A DNA stretch of 27,202 bases from a virus (taxonomy: Duplodnaviria > Heunggongvirae > Uroviricota > Caudoviricetes): IMG/VR virus record IMGVR_UViG_2541047882_000005; one strand, written 5' to 3'. The position numbers were made by a program, and so were the translations under genes. The notes below the pieces were generated by a model that saw only the letters and a program-made list of their open reading frames with translations, had not been told where the DNA came from and did not search any database. Positions 8,517-20,516 of this stretch are shown here, one piece after another. Each line of letters begins with the position of its first letter. Position 1 is the first letter of the stretch.

Positions 8517-8756
8517 ATGGGTAGCATTAACCTGCGTATTGACGATGAACTTAAAGCGCGTTCTTACGCCGCGCTTGAAAAAATGGGTGTAACTCCTTCT
8601 GAAGCGCTTCGTCTCATGCTCGAGTATATCGCTGACAATGAACGCTTGCCGTTCAAACAGACACTCCTGAGTGATGAAGATGCTGAACTTGTGGAGATAG
8701 TGAAAGAACGGCTTCGTAATCCTAAGCCAGTACGTGTGACGCTGGATGAACTCTGA
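8517..8756 (+). CDS. relB: RelB antitoxin (ribbon-helix-helix)
   Basis: 79 aa, MGSINLRIDDELKARSYAALEKMGVTPSEALRLMLEYIADNERLPF..; overlaps relE start. Confidence 0.9.
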   Translation: MGSINLRIDDELKARSYAALEKMGVTPSEALRLMLEYIADNERLPFKQTLLSDEDAELVEIVKERLRNPKPVRVTLDEL

Positions 8757-9043
8757 TGGCGTATTTTCTGGATTTTGACGAGCGGGCACTAAAGGAATGG
8801 CGAAAGCTGGGCTCGACGGTACGTGAACAGTTGAAAAAGAAGCTGGTTGAAGTACTTGAGTCACCCCGGATTGAAGCAAACAAGCTCCGTGGTATGCCTG
8901 ATTGTTACAAGATTAAGCTCCGGTCTTCAGGCTATCGCCTTGTATACCAGGTTATAGACGAGAAAGTTGTCGTTTTCGTGATTTCTGTTGGGAAAAGAGA
9001 ACGCTCGGAAGTATATAGCGAGGCGGTCAAACGCATTCTCTGA
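8756..9043 (+). CDS. relE: RelE mRNA-interferase toxin
   Basis: 95 aa, MAYFLDFDERALKEWRKLGSTVREQLKKKL..; start overlaps relB stop. Confidence 0.9.
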   Translation: MAYFLDFDERALKEWRKLGSTVREQLKKKLVEVLESPRIEANKLRGMPDCYKIKLRSSGYRLVYQVIDEKVVVFVISVGKRERSEVYSEAVKRIL

Positions 9044-9114
9044 ACCAAAGCATGACATCTCTGTTTCGCACCGAAGGTGACACTTCTGCTTTGCGTTGAC
9101 AGGAGAAGCAGGCT

Positions 9115-9270
9115 ATGAAGCAGCAAAAGGCGATGTTAATCGCCCTGATCGTCATCTGTTTAACCGTCATAGTGACGGCACTGGTAACGAGGAAAGACCT
9201 CTGCGAGGTACGAATCCGAACCGGCCAGACGGAGGTCGCTGTCTTCACAGCTTACGAACCTGAGGAGTAA
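9115..9270 (+). CDS. hokD: Hok-family small membrane toxin HokD (RelF)
   Basis: 51-aa ORF found by hand (below ORF-track cutoff): MKQQKAMLIALIVICLTVIVTALVTRKDLCEVRIRTGQTEVAVFTAYEPEE; AGGAGAAG SD. Confidence 0.85.
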   Translation: MKQQKAMLIALIVICLTVIVTALVTRKDLCEVRIRTGQTEVAVFTAYEPEE

Positions 9271-9338
9271 GAGACCCGGCGGGGGAGAAATCCCTCGCCA
9301 CCTCTGATGTGGCAGGCATCCTCAACGCACCCGCACTT

Positions 9339-9366
9339 AACCCGCTTCGGCGGGTTTTTGTTTTTA
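9339..9366 (+). terminator. Rho-independent terminator after hokD
   Basis: CCCGC-TTCG-GCGGG hairpin followed by TTTTTGTTTTT. Confidence 0.5.
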
Positions 9367-9486
9367 TTTTCAACGCGTTTGAAGTTCTGGACGGTGCCGG
9401 AATAGAATCAAAAATACTTAAGTAGCGCGCAGGGATAAGAGGGATGGTCCCTTAAAGGGGAGAGCTAATTATCCGGAAGGATTCTG

Positions 9487-9738
9487 ATGATGAACATCGA
9501 AGAACTGCGTAAAATTTTTTGTGAAGATGGCCTCTATGCTGTGTGCGTTGAAAATGGAAATCTTGTTAGTCATTACCGCATTATGTGTTTGCGAAAGAAT
9601 GGGGCTGCGTTAATTAATTTTGTGGATGCTCGGGTCACGGACGGATTTATCTTGCGCGAAGGTGAGTTTGTCACTTCATTACAGGCATTGAAAGAGATCG
9701 GAATAAAAGCTGGCTTTTCTGCTTTTTCAGGAGAATAA
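9487..9738 (+). CDS. rem: Rem-like prophage protein
   Basis: 83-aa ORF, same length and position as Qin rem; GGAAGG SD. Confidence 0.7.
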   Translation: MMNIEELRKIFCEDGLYAVCVENGNLVSHYRIMCLRKNGAALINFVDARVTDGFILREGEFVTSLQALKEIGIKAGFSAFSGE

Positions 9739-9804
9739 ACTCATCTACAATCTTGCGCGGGGCTGAACTCCCGCTGAGTAACACCGTGCCACCGGAGAAA
9801 ACCG

Positions 9805-10083
9805 ATGGCACGCAACGCAAAATATTACAATTCTGATAATTCGCCCGTTCTTGCCTGCACGCACGGGCGGTATTCTCACGCATTCAAGTCTGAATGGTTC
9901 CAGCACCCTCCATGCACTGCAGAACAGGCCGAATGGCTGATTCATTCTTACCGCAGGCGCGGGTTCGAGGTTAAGAAAGCTCTCAGTCTCGACTATCGGC
10001 ACTGGATAATCTCTGTCAGGCTGCCTTATTCCGAACGCCCACCACGTCCGTCCCGCACTTTCCAGCAACGGATCTGGAGGTAA
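9805..10083 (+). CDS. Hypothetical protein, translationally coupled to ydfU
   Basis: 92-aa ORF with GGAG SD 7 nt upstream of ATG; stop TAA is 1 nt before the GTG start of the next ORF. Confidence 0.45.
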   Translation: MARNAKYYNSDNSPVLACTHGRYSHAFKSEWFQHPPCTAEQAEWLIHSYRRRGFEVKKALSLDYRHWIISVRLPYSERPPRPSRTFQQRIWR

Positions 10084-10084
10084 C

Positions 10085-11134
10085 GTGCGGGTATTACTTA
10101 GACCTGTTCTGGTGCCTGAGCTTGGGCTGGTGGTCCTTAAGCCGGGCCGTGAATCCATACAGATATTTCATAATCCTCGAGTGCTGGTGGAACCGGAACC
10201 AAAAAGCATGCGTAATCTGCCATCCGGAGTCGTTCCTGCCGTTCGCCAGCCGCTGGCGGAAGACAAAACATTGCTGCCGTTTTTTAGTAACGAACGGGTG
10301 ATTCGTGCTGCTGGCGGCGTTGGCGCATTGTCCGACTGGCTATTACGTCATGTTACATCCTGCCAGTGGCCTAATGGCGATTACCATCACACTGAAACAG
10401 TCATTCACCGTTATGGTACCGGCGCAATGGTGTTGTGCTGGCACTGCGACAACCAACTGCGTGACCAGACATCGGAATCACTGGAGCTGCTTGCTCAACA
10501 AAATCTGACAGCATGGGTGATTGACGTCATCCGTCACGCAATAAGCGGTACGCAGGAGCGGGAATTATCTTTGGCTGAATTATCCTGGTGGGCGGTCTGC
10601 AATCAGGTGGTGGATGCACTACCTGAGGCTGTATCGCGTCGTTCGCTGGGATTACCAGCGGAAAAAATCTGCTCGGTGTACCGCGAAAGCGACATCGTAC
10701 CGGGAGAGCAGACCGCCACCAGCATATTGAAACAACGCACAAAAAATCTTGCACCGTTGCCTTACGCCCACCAGCAACAAAAATCACCACAGGAAAAGAC
10801 GGTGGTAAGCATCACCGTTGATCCAGAGTCTCCGGAATCTTTCATGAAGCTGCCTAAACGTCGCCGCTGGGTTAAGGAGAAATACACACGTTGGGTTAAG
10901 ACACAGCCGTGTGCTTGCTGCGGTATGCCAGCCGACGATCCGCATCATCTGATTGGTCACGGGCAGGGCGGAATGGGAACAAAAGCACATGATCTCTTTG
11001 TGTTGCCTTTGTGCAGAAAGCATCACAACGAGCTGCATACGGATACAGTGGCATTTGAAGATAAGTATGGCTCCCAACTGGAGCTGATATTTCGTTTTAT
11101 CGATCGCGCGCTGGCAATTGGCGTACTGGCGTAA
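10085..11134 (+). CDS. ydfU: DUF968-like prophage protein with C-terminal Cys/His (HNH-like) motif
   Basis: 349 aa; C-terminus ..CACCGMPADDPHHLIGHGQGGMGTKAHDLFVLPLCRKHHNELH..; sits directly upstream of Q as in lambdoid nin regions. Confidence 0.7.
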   Translation: MRVLLRPVLVPELGLVVLKPGRESIQIFHNPRVLVEPEPKSMRNLPSGVVPAVRQPLAEDKTLLPFFSNERVIRAAGGVGALSDWLLRHVTSCQWPNGDYHHTETVIHRYGTGAMVLCWHCDNQLRDQTSESLELLAQQNLTAWVIDVIRHAISGTQERELSLAELSWWAVCNQVVDALPEAVSRRSLGLPAEKICSVYRESDIVPGEQTATSILKQRTKNLAPLPYAHQQQKSPQEKTVVSITVDPESPESFMKLPKRRRWVKEKYTRWVKTQPCACCGMPADDPHHLIGHGQGGMGTKAHDLFVLPLCRKHHNELHTDTVAFEDKYGSQLELIFRFIDRALAIGVLA

Positions 11135-11147
11135 GTGGAGAACGAGC

Positions 11148-11900
11148 ATGAACCTTGAAGCCTTACCAAAATATTACTCCCCAAAATCTCCAAAATTGAG
11201 CGATGACGCTCCAGCGACAGGCACCGGTTGTTTAACAATTACGGATGTAATGGCAGCGCAGGGGATGGTGCAGTCGAAAGCACCACTTGGGTTGGCCTTA
11301 TTTCTGGCAAAAGTTGGTGTTCAGGACCCTCAGTTTGCGATTGAAGGCCTGCTAAATTACGCGATGGCACTGGATAACCCGACATTGAACAAATTGAGTG
11401 AAGAAATCCGGTTACAGATTATTCCTTACCTCGTGAGTTTTGCCTTTGCTGATTACTCCAGGTCTGCGGCAAGTAAGGCTCGCTGTGAGCATTGTTCAGG
11501 TACGGGATTTTATAATGTATTGCGCGAAGTGGTGAAACACTACAGACGCGGGGAATCTGTAATCAAGGAAGAATGGGTGAAGGAACTATGTCAGCATTGC
11601 CATGGTAAGGGCGAAGCCAGCACAGCGTGCAGAGGGTGTAAGGGTAAAGGGATTGTTCTGGATGAAAAAAGAACCCGGTTTCATGGCGTACCGGTATATA
11701 AGATTTGTGGGCGTTGTAATGGAAACCGGTTTAGTCGTTTACCGACCACGCTGGCACGACGTCATGTCCAGAAGCTGGTACCAGACCTGACCGATTATCA
11801 GTGGTATAAGGGGTATGCGGACGTCATTGGTAAACTGGTAACAAAGTGCTGGCAGGAAGAAGCATACGCGGAAGCGCAATTGAGGAAGGTGACGAGATAA
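11148..11900 (+). CDS. quuQ: Late-gene antiterminator Q
   Basis: 250 aa from ATG 11148 (GGAG SD); Cys-rich zinc-binding region (CEHCSGTG..CQHCHGKG..CRGCKGKG), position immediately upstream of the lysis cassette. Confidence 0.8.
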   Translation: MNLEALPKYYSPKSPKLSDDAPATGTGCLTITDVMAAQGMVQSKAPLGLALFLAKVGVQDPQFAIEGLLNYAMALDNPTLNKLSEEIRLQIIPYLVSFAFADYSRSAASKARCEHCSGTGFYNVLREVVKHYRRGESVIKEEWVKELCQHCHGKGEASTACRGCKGKGIVLDEKRTRFHGVPVYKICGRCNGNRFSRLPTTLARRHVQKLVPDLTDYQWYKGYADVIGKLVTKCWQEEAYAEAQLRKVTR

Positions 11901-11931
11901 ATGATTTTTGCTGAAGATGGCGACATGATGT

Positions 11932-11960
11932 TTGCATTTTTCAAAAAATATGGATAAAAT
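11932..11960 (+). promoter_or_regulatory. Candidate late promoter pR' (sigma-70)
   Basis: TTGCAT -35, 17-bp spacer, TAAAAT -10, located 30-60 bp after the Q stop. Confidence 0.45.
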
Positions 11961-12006
11961 TTTTTCAACGATGGGCTTTGTATACCCGACGTTAAGAAAA
12001 AGTAGA

Positions 12007-12035
12007 AAACCCGCTGATGAGCGGGTTTTGTGCTT
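12007..12035 (+). terminator. tR'-like rho-independent terminator
   Basis: ACCCGC-TGATGA-GCGGGT hairpin followed by TTTTG. Confidence 0.55.
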
Positions 12036-12321
12036 TAAATGGGGCAATGGTAATGTTGAATCTCATCCCGGGACTCATGTCTGTTAACTTATTATTTAGC
12101 TGGTGACTTGGTTATTTGCCTGATGTTTAAAATGTTTTCTTCCAGTACAATGTCCCTAAACACAATGAGTCTGCTTATTATATTATTAGCAGAGCTATTA
12201 CGGCCAAAGTACAGCATAAGCTTTTAAAGCCAATCAACCAGTCATCAAGACAGACGGGGTTATTCATAAAAACTCTCCATGTGTGATCCGATGGGGCCTG
12301 AAATTAAAGCTTTAATATAGC

Positions 12322-12534
12322 TCATGAAAGGTAAACATTGGCAGCTGAAGGGCCACGCAGACCATTTATCCGGCAAAATTCCACGCGTAATCCGGTGGTA
12401 ATTTCTTCTGCATCGCGGAGATTGAGCGCTGAAACATGAAGCTGGACATCGATACGACCATCGGATGGGGTGATAAGACCCTTGCCGCTTTTGCCGTCAA
12501 AGGTTTTGACAATTCCTGTCATTTTACGGGACAA
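12322..12534 (-). CDS. cspF: Cold-shock-domain protein CspF
   Basis: 70 aa, [38 protein letters not shown].. Confidence 0.85.
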
Positions 12535-12834
12535 AAAAATTCCTTAATACTGATAACTTGGCGCACTATACACACGTTCCTGAAGAAAGCTATAGTTTTT
12601 TGATGGGGTTGAAGATGGCTGGATGTCTAAAATAAACATTGCTTCATATGTTCAACTATGCGTTAATGATTGCGTCGGTTTGAAGAACAGACGATATACG
12701 AAGTAGTTTACTAAAGCAGTTCTCATTTCAGGTGTTATTCACTTATTCCTTCTTTGAGTCTCTCCAATTAAGTACGAAGTCGTTTCTGTTATGCAAACCA
12801 TTTATGCCGAAAGGCTCAAGTTAAGGAATGTAGA

Positions 12835-13050
12835 ATGTCAAATAAAATGACTGGTTTAGTAAAATGGTTTAACGCTGATAAAGGTTTCGGCTTTATTTCT
12901 CCTGTTGATGGTAGTAAAGATGTGTTTGTGCATTTTTCTGCGATTCAGAATGATAATTATCGAACCTTATTTGAAGGTCAAAAGGTTACCTTCTCTATAG
13001 AGAGTGGTGCTAAAGGTCCTGCAGCAGCAAATGTCATCATTACTGATTAA
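12835..13050 (+). CDS. cspB: Cold-shock protein CspB
   Basis: 71 aa, [38 protein letters not shown]..; long 5' UTR typical of cold-shock genes. Confidence 0.9.
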   Translation: MSNKMTGLVKWFNADKGFGFISPVDGSKDVFVHFSAIQNDNYRTLFEGQKVTFSIESGAKGPAAANVIITD

Positions 13051-13331
13051 AATTCATCGCTCGTCTGTATACGATAACGAAGAAGGCTGATGCCTGAGTA
13101 GAGATACGGACAGAGTAGTGAATATTGGATCTCTTTAATAAAAAGTAAGGAGGTCCAATACATGAAACAATGGCTAGCATATTTGGCAAAATCTTAATCA
13201 GGAAAAGTATGCTAACCATTGTGGTGAAGTGCAGGTTTGCTGCATGAATAGTTTTACAGCAGAAGCTAACTGCTGGCATGGCAAAACAAAGTGCGTAAGT
13301 GGATGACTCCCACAAAAAGCACCACAATCTC

Positions 13332-13356
13332 AAACCCGCTCAGGCGGGTTTTTTAT
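13332..13356 (+). terminator. Rho-independent terminator downstream of cspB region
   Basis: CCCGC-TCAG-GCGGG hairpin followed by TTTTTTATT. Confidence 0.5.
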
Positions 13357-13413
13357 TATCTGCTTTAAATATATTATTAAAATATAAAAAATACTTGTTA
13401 CTAATAAAATCAA

Positions 13414-13584
13414 TCAGGCTACAGCTTTAAGATTTGTCTGGAATACTTTGTTGCAATGAGGGCAGATCAAAAGGGCACCTTTTTGTACTCTTGAAAAACT
13501 GTGTTCTGACTCTTGGGTGCAGTTTGGGCAGGAACATTTAACGAGATAATTACGGCGTGATTTTGAGTTTTTACGTTCTGACAT
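13414..13584 (-). CDS. ynfU: Small zinc-ribbon protein (YnfU-like), 56 aa
   Basis: From internal Met of the 73-aa ORF: MSERKNSKSRRNYLVKCSCPNCTQ..ICPHCNKVF, i.e. CxCxxC..CxxC spacing. Confidence 0.5.
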   Translation of the reverse strand: MSERKNSKSRRNYLVKCSCPNCTQESEHSFSRVQKGALLICPHCNKVFQTNLKAVA

Positions 13585-13803
13585 AGGCTTTTCCTGTATA
13601 AATGGCCGTATACAGTACACTAAATATGAAAACATTTCTCGTATTATTATTTTATATATGACTTTCTTTCAAAATAATTACCCACATTTTTAATGTGTAT
13701 GTTTTTTTAGCGCCGTTGAGAACAACGTGTGCTGTCAAAACTACCCCGTAGACTCCGATCTTTTCAAACATATTGCACCATCCGTGTACATCGGGGTGAG
13801 GAT

Positions 13804-14019
13804 ATGAAATCAATGGATAAGTTAACAACAGGTGTTGCCTATGGCACATCGGCGGGTAATGCTGGTTTCTGGGCATTGCAGTTACTCGATAAAGTAACTC
13901 CGTCACAGTGGGCTGCAATCGGTGTGCTGGGTAGCCTGGTTTTTGGCCTGCTGACGTATCTGACAAATCTTTATTTCAAGATTAAAGAAGACAGGCGTAA
14001 GGCTGCGAGAGGAGAGTAA
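13804..14019 (+). CDS. essQ: Class II holin (phage 21 S-type pinholin-like) with dual-start motif
   Basis: 71 aa from ATG 13804 (GGGGTGAGG SD); begins MKSMDK (two Met codons), two hydrophobic helices. Confidence 0.85.
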   Translation: MKSMDKLTTGVAYGTSAGNAGFWALQLLDKVTPSQWAAIGVLGSLVFGLLTYLTNLYFKIKEDRRKAARGE

Positions 14020-14023
14020 TCCA

Positions 14024-14331
14024 ATGACTCAAGACTATGAACTGGTTGTGAAAGGAGTCCGTAATTTTGAGAATAAAGTTACGGTAACTGTAGCCTTACA
14101 GGACAAAGAACGCTTTGACGGTGAAATTTTTGACCTGGATGTCGCCATGGACCGTGTTGAAGGAGCTGCGCTGGAGTTTTATGAGGCAGCAGCCAGAAGG
14201 AGCGTCCGGCAAGTCTTCCTGGAAGTAGCAGAAAAATTGTCAGAAAAAGTTGAGTCTTATCTGCAGCATCAGTACTCCTTTAAGATTGAAAATCCTGCCA
14301 ATAAGCACGAGCGTCCTCATCATAAATATCT

Positions 14332-14335
<4 letters not shown>
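14024..14335 (+). CDS. ydfR: Hypothetical protein between holin and endolysin
   Basis: 103-aa ORF; its stop overlaps the endolysin start (ATGA). Confidence 0.6.
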
Positions 14336-15359
<1,024 letters not shown>

Positions 15360-15721
15360 GGTAATATTAAATCGGAACATTTACATCGCGGAATGTAAAA
15401 TTTAAATAAAAAGGACTCTTCCATGAGCCAAAATTCCTGAAATCTTAAGGGTAAGATAAAAGGTCTTAATCAGAATGACACGTTTTATTAATAAATAAAG
15501 CTATTCTTTCATTGCTGTGTTTTTCTTTACAAAAGTAATCCTTGCTATGGGTGGTTAATCATGCGTTAATGGTGTTCTGGTTTGTTACAAATTTATCTGA
15601 AGCAGTCATTGTTATAATTTTATTATTTGTACCTCTTGAGATTTCCTTGTTGGTTTTTCTCTCTGATATTTTTTTTCGGACCATTCTGCCCAAGGGCTAA
15701 TTTCTTCAAAAGGTAATAATT

Positions 15722-15934
15722 ATGTCTAACAAAATGACTGGTTTAGTGAAATGGTTTAACCCTGAAAAAGGTTTTGGTTTCATCACGCCGAAAGATGGCA
15801 GCAAAGATGTGTTTGTCCATTTCTCAGCAATTCAGAGCAACGATTTCAAAACATTAACTGAGAATCAGGAAGTTGAATTTGGTATTGAGAACGGACCTAA
15901 AGGTCCTGCCGCTGTTCATGTAGTGGCGCTTTGA
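15722..15934 (+). CDS. cspI: Cold-shock protein CspI
   Basis: 70 aa, [45 protein letters not shown].. Confidence 0.9.
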   Translation: MSNKMTGLVKWFNPEKGFGFITPKDGSKDVFVHFSAIQSNDFKTLTENQEVEFGIENGPKGPAAVHVVAL

Positions 15935-16022
15935 GGTAGACAATATTACAAACCATATTCACTTTAGATGCCCGTGTTGTCATGGTTCCCAGTATAGAAC
16001 ATCATCTTTTGATGTTTCTGAC

Positions 16023-16133
16023 ATGAATCCTTTCGGGGCAAAATGTATCTTTTGTAAATCAATGATGATTACATTTGATAATATTTCACAATACTTAAAT
16101 GCCAGCCGTCTGTCGTTGGATTTAAAAAAGTGA
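16023..16133 (+). CDS. Short ORF (36 aa) that is the only ATG-initiated part of a longer zinc-ribbon-like frame
   Basis: Frame reads ..CPCCHGSQYRTSSFDVSDMNPFGAKCIFCKS..LDLKK-stop with no canonical start upstream of the first CxxC. Confidence 0.25.
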   Translation: MNPFGAKCIFCKSMMITFDNISQYLNASRLSLDLKK

Positions 16134-16138
16134 AAATG

Positions 16139-16162
16139 AAGGCTCCTTCGGGAGCTTTTTTG
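16139..16162 (+). terminator. Rho-independent terminator (UUCG tetraloop)
   Basis: GCTCC-TTCG-GGAGC followed by TTTTTT. Confidence 0.45.
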
Positions 16163-16205
16163 CTTGGTGTCTATTCGATGGATACTCACATACTACGGTA
16201 ACATC

Positions 16206-16436
16206 ATGAAAAAAATCATAGTTTTTTTTAACTCTGAACCAGCAGTGGTAGTGCCAGCGATGACTGGAGTTAACACCATCATGCGTGAATATCCAAATGG
16301 CGAAAAAACACACCTTACTGTAATGGCCGCAGGGTTTCCATCTCTGACCGGAGATCATAAAGTCATTTATGTAGCCGCGGATCGACATGTTACTTCAGAA
16401 GAAATTCTGGAAGCAGCAATAAGGCTCTTGAGTTGA
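16206..16436 (+). CDS. Hypothetical protein (76 aa)
   Basis: ATG-initiated part of the 90-aa track ORF (which starts at TTG); weak RBS; MKKIIVFFNSEPAVVVPAMTGVNTIMREYPNGEK.. Confidence 0.3.
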   Translation: MKKIIVFFNSEPAVVVPAMTGVNTIMREYPNGEKTHLTVMAAGFPSLTGDHKVIYVAADRHVTSEEILEAAIRLLS

Positions 16437-16605
16437 TTTGATGCTATTGCATTGATAATTCAGGAAAATTCTCTTTGTCTGTTTGTGTAAAATTTAGACT
16501 ATCGTATGTTGATTATTGCGATGTTTCATCTTATCTTTTACACGTTTGCACCATATAATCGACTTACTGTGTAACTGGAAAGTCATAACAGACTAAAAGA
16601 GGAAA

Positions 16606-16782
16606 TGATGAATATTGAAAACTTAAAAACAAAAGCAGAAGCAGATATTTCTGAATATATAACAAAAAAAATTATTGAACTTAAGAAAAAGACCGGGAAA
16701 GAAGTTACCAGTATTCAGTTTACCGCACGGGAAAAAATGACGGGTCTTGAAAGCTATGATGTCAAGATTAATTTAATCTGAT
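16606..16782 (+). pseudogene. gnsB: gnsB/gnsA-like gene with apparent 1-nt frameshift at codon 5-6
   Basis: ATG ATG AAT ATT GAA ACT TAA in frame; shifting +1 after codon 5 gives ..NLKTKAEADISEYITKKIIELKKKTGKEVTSIQFTAREKMTGLESYDVKINLI, a GnsB-like sequence. Confidence 0.5.
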
Positions 16783-16932
16783 GTATTCAATAATAAAATT
16801 TATCCATAAACCTCGTTTTTACGGGGTTTTGTTATATTTGAATGGTTCCGAATATCTAAATCACAATTGTTGATGGTTTTTATTAAACCAATGCAGTCCG
16901 GCTCAGGAGTGAGAGAAGCCGGACGTTATGGT

Positions 16933-17343
16933 TTAGCGTGGTAAGATCTGTGTAGTTTTCTGGATGCTTTCAGTAAATAGTAATGAATTATCAAAGGTAT
17001 AGTAATATCTTTTTTGTTCGTGGATATTTGTAACCCACCGAAAAACTCCTGCTTTAGCAAGGTTTCTTCTGTATTCCTGAAATGTGATCTCTCTGGATTT
17101 CAGCTTATTAGAGGTCGTTTCTATAAGATGCCTATCCTTTGAAAATTTGACAGACACAATGTTTTTTAGGCCCTTTAATAACACTGTATTATCATTTTTT
17201 AATACAATATGAACATTCTCTGTGGCTAAATAGTAAATGTAATGTGAGACATTGTGACGTTTTAGCTCAGAATAAAACCATTGATAGTTTAAATCGTTTC
17301 GAACTTTATCAAATATTTGTTTAAAAATGACTACCTGATCCAT
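16933..17343 (-). CDS. ydfO: DUF1398-family prophage protein YdfO
   Basis: 136 aa from the Met with GGAAGG SD (track ORF extends 5 codons further). Confidence 0.7.
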
Positions 17344-17400
17344 AGATAAACCTTCCATGTGATATGAGGGGGCGTAGTCTGCACGATTATCTAAATTGCT

Positions 17401-17634
17401 TCAATCTGGTCTGACCTGTTTTCTGAGCAATTCAGTAATGTCACTCTTTTCTTTGTTTGCTTCAGAAGAAACTCTTTTTTCTGAGCACAGTCTCCGGCGG
17501 CAGGCTTCAATGACCCAGGCTGAGAAATTCCCGGACCCTTTTTGCTCAAGAGCGATGTTAATTTGTTCAATCATTTGGTTAGGAAAGCGGATGTTGCGGG
17601 TTGTTGTTCTGCGGGTTCTGTTCTTCGTTGACAT
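17401..17634 (-). CDS. ynfO: Small ribbon-helix-helix-like prophage protein (YnfO-like)
   Basis: 77-aa basic ORF (MSTKNRTRRTTTRNIRFPNQMIEQINIALEQKGSGNFSAWVIEA..). Confidence 0.5.
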   Translation of the reverse strand: MSTKNRTRRTTTRNIRFPNQMIEQINIALEQKGSGNFSAWVIEACRRRLCSEKRVSSEANKEKSDITELLRKQVRPD

Positions 17635-17710
17635 GAGGTTGCCCCGTATTCAGTGTCGCTGATTTGTATTGTCTGAAGTTGTTTTTACGTTAAGTTGATG
17701 CAGATCAATT

Positions 17711-18022
17711 AATACGATACCTGCGTCATAATTGATTATTTGACGTGGTTTGATGGCCTCCACGCACGTTGTGATATGTAGATGATAATCATTATCACTT
17801 TACGGGTCCTTTCCGGTGATCCGACAGGTTACGGGGCGGCGACCTCGCGGGTTTTCGCTATTTATGAAAATTTTCCGGTTTAAGGTGTTTCCGTTCTTCT
17901 TCGTCGTAACTTAATGTTTTTATTTAAAATACCCCCTGAAAAGAAAGGAAACGACAGGTGCTGAAAGCGGGCTTTTTGGCCTTTGTCGTTTCCTTTCTCT
18001 GTTTTTGTCCGTGGAATGAACA
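17711..18022. other. Lambda-type cos site (cosQ side, cosN with 12-nt cohesive end GGGCGGCGACCT at 17834-17845, cosB side up to Nu1 start)
   Basis: Sequence matches my recollection of the lambda genome termini nearly base for base (..CCGACAGGTTACG GGGCGGCGACCT CGCGGGTTTTCGCTATTTATGAAAATTTTCCGG..) and directly precedes Nu1. Confidence 0.8.
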
Positions 18023-18555
18023 ATGGAAGTCAACAAAAAGCAGCTGGCTGACATTTTCGGTGCGAGTATCCGTACCATTCAGAACTGGCAGGAACAGGGA
18101 ATGCCCGTTCTGCGAGGCGGTGGCAAGGGTAATGAGGTGCTTTATGATTCTGCCGCCGTCATAAAATGGTATGCCGAAAGGGATGCTGAAATTGAGAACG
18201 AAAAGCTGCGCCGGGAAGTTGAAGAACTGCGGCAGGCCAGCGAGACAGATCTCCAGCCAGGGACTATTGAGTACGAACGCCATCGACTTACGCGTGCGCA
18301 GGCCGACGCACAGGAGCTGAAAAATGCCAGAGACTCCGCTGAAGTGGTGGAAACCGCATTCTGTACTTTCGTGCTGTCGCGGATCGCAGGTGAAATTGCC
18401 AGTATTCTCGACGGGATCCCCCTGTCGGTGCAGCGGCGTTTTCCGGAACTGGAAAACCGACATGTTGATTTCCTGAAACGGGATATCATCAAAGCCATGA
18501 ACAAAGCAGCCGCGCTGGATGAACTGATAAAGGGGCATCCGTCTACGGAAAGCCG

Positions 18556-19903
<1,348 letters not shown>

Positions 19904-20516
19904 CCAAAGAGACTCAATCAACAACTGTTTCAGCCACTGCTTCGCAGGCTGACGTTACTGGCGTGGTGCAAGCGACGGAGGGCGAGAACGCCAGCGCGGC
20001 GCAGCCGGACGTGAACGCGCAGATCACCGCAGCGGTTGCGGCAGAAAACAGTCGCATTATGGGGATCCTCAACTGTGAGGAGGCTCACGGACGCGAAGAA
20101 CAGGCTCGCGTGCTGGCCGAAACCCCCGGTATGACCGTGGAAACGGCCCGCCGCATTCTGGCCGCAGCACCACAGAGTGCACAGCGTATTGAGCATCTCG
20201 CCCTGATGAAACGGCAGGCAGAACAGGCGGAGTCAGACAGCAACCGGAAGTTTACTGTGGAAGACGCCATCAGAACCGGTGCTTTTGTGGTGGCGATGTC
20301 CCTGTGGCATAACCATCCACAGAAGACAACGCAGCCGTCCATGAATGAAGCCGTTAAACAGATTGAGCAGGAAGTGCTTACCACCTGGCCCACAGAGGCA
20401 ATTTCTCATGCTGAAAACGTGGTGTACCGGTTGTCCGGTATGTCTGAGTTTGTGGTGAATGATGCACCTGAACAGGCAGAGGACGCCGGGCCTGCAGAGC
20501 CTGTTTCTGCGGGAAA

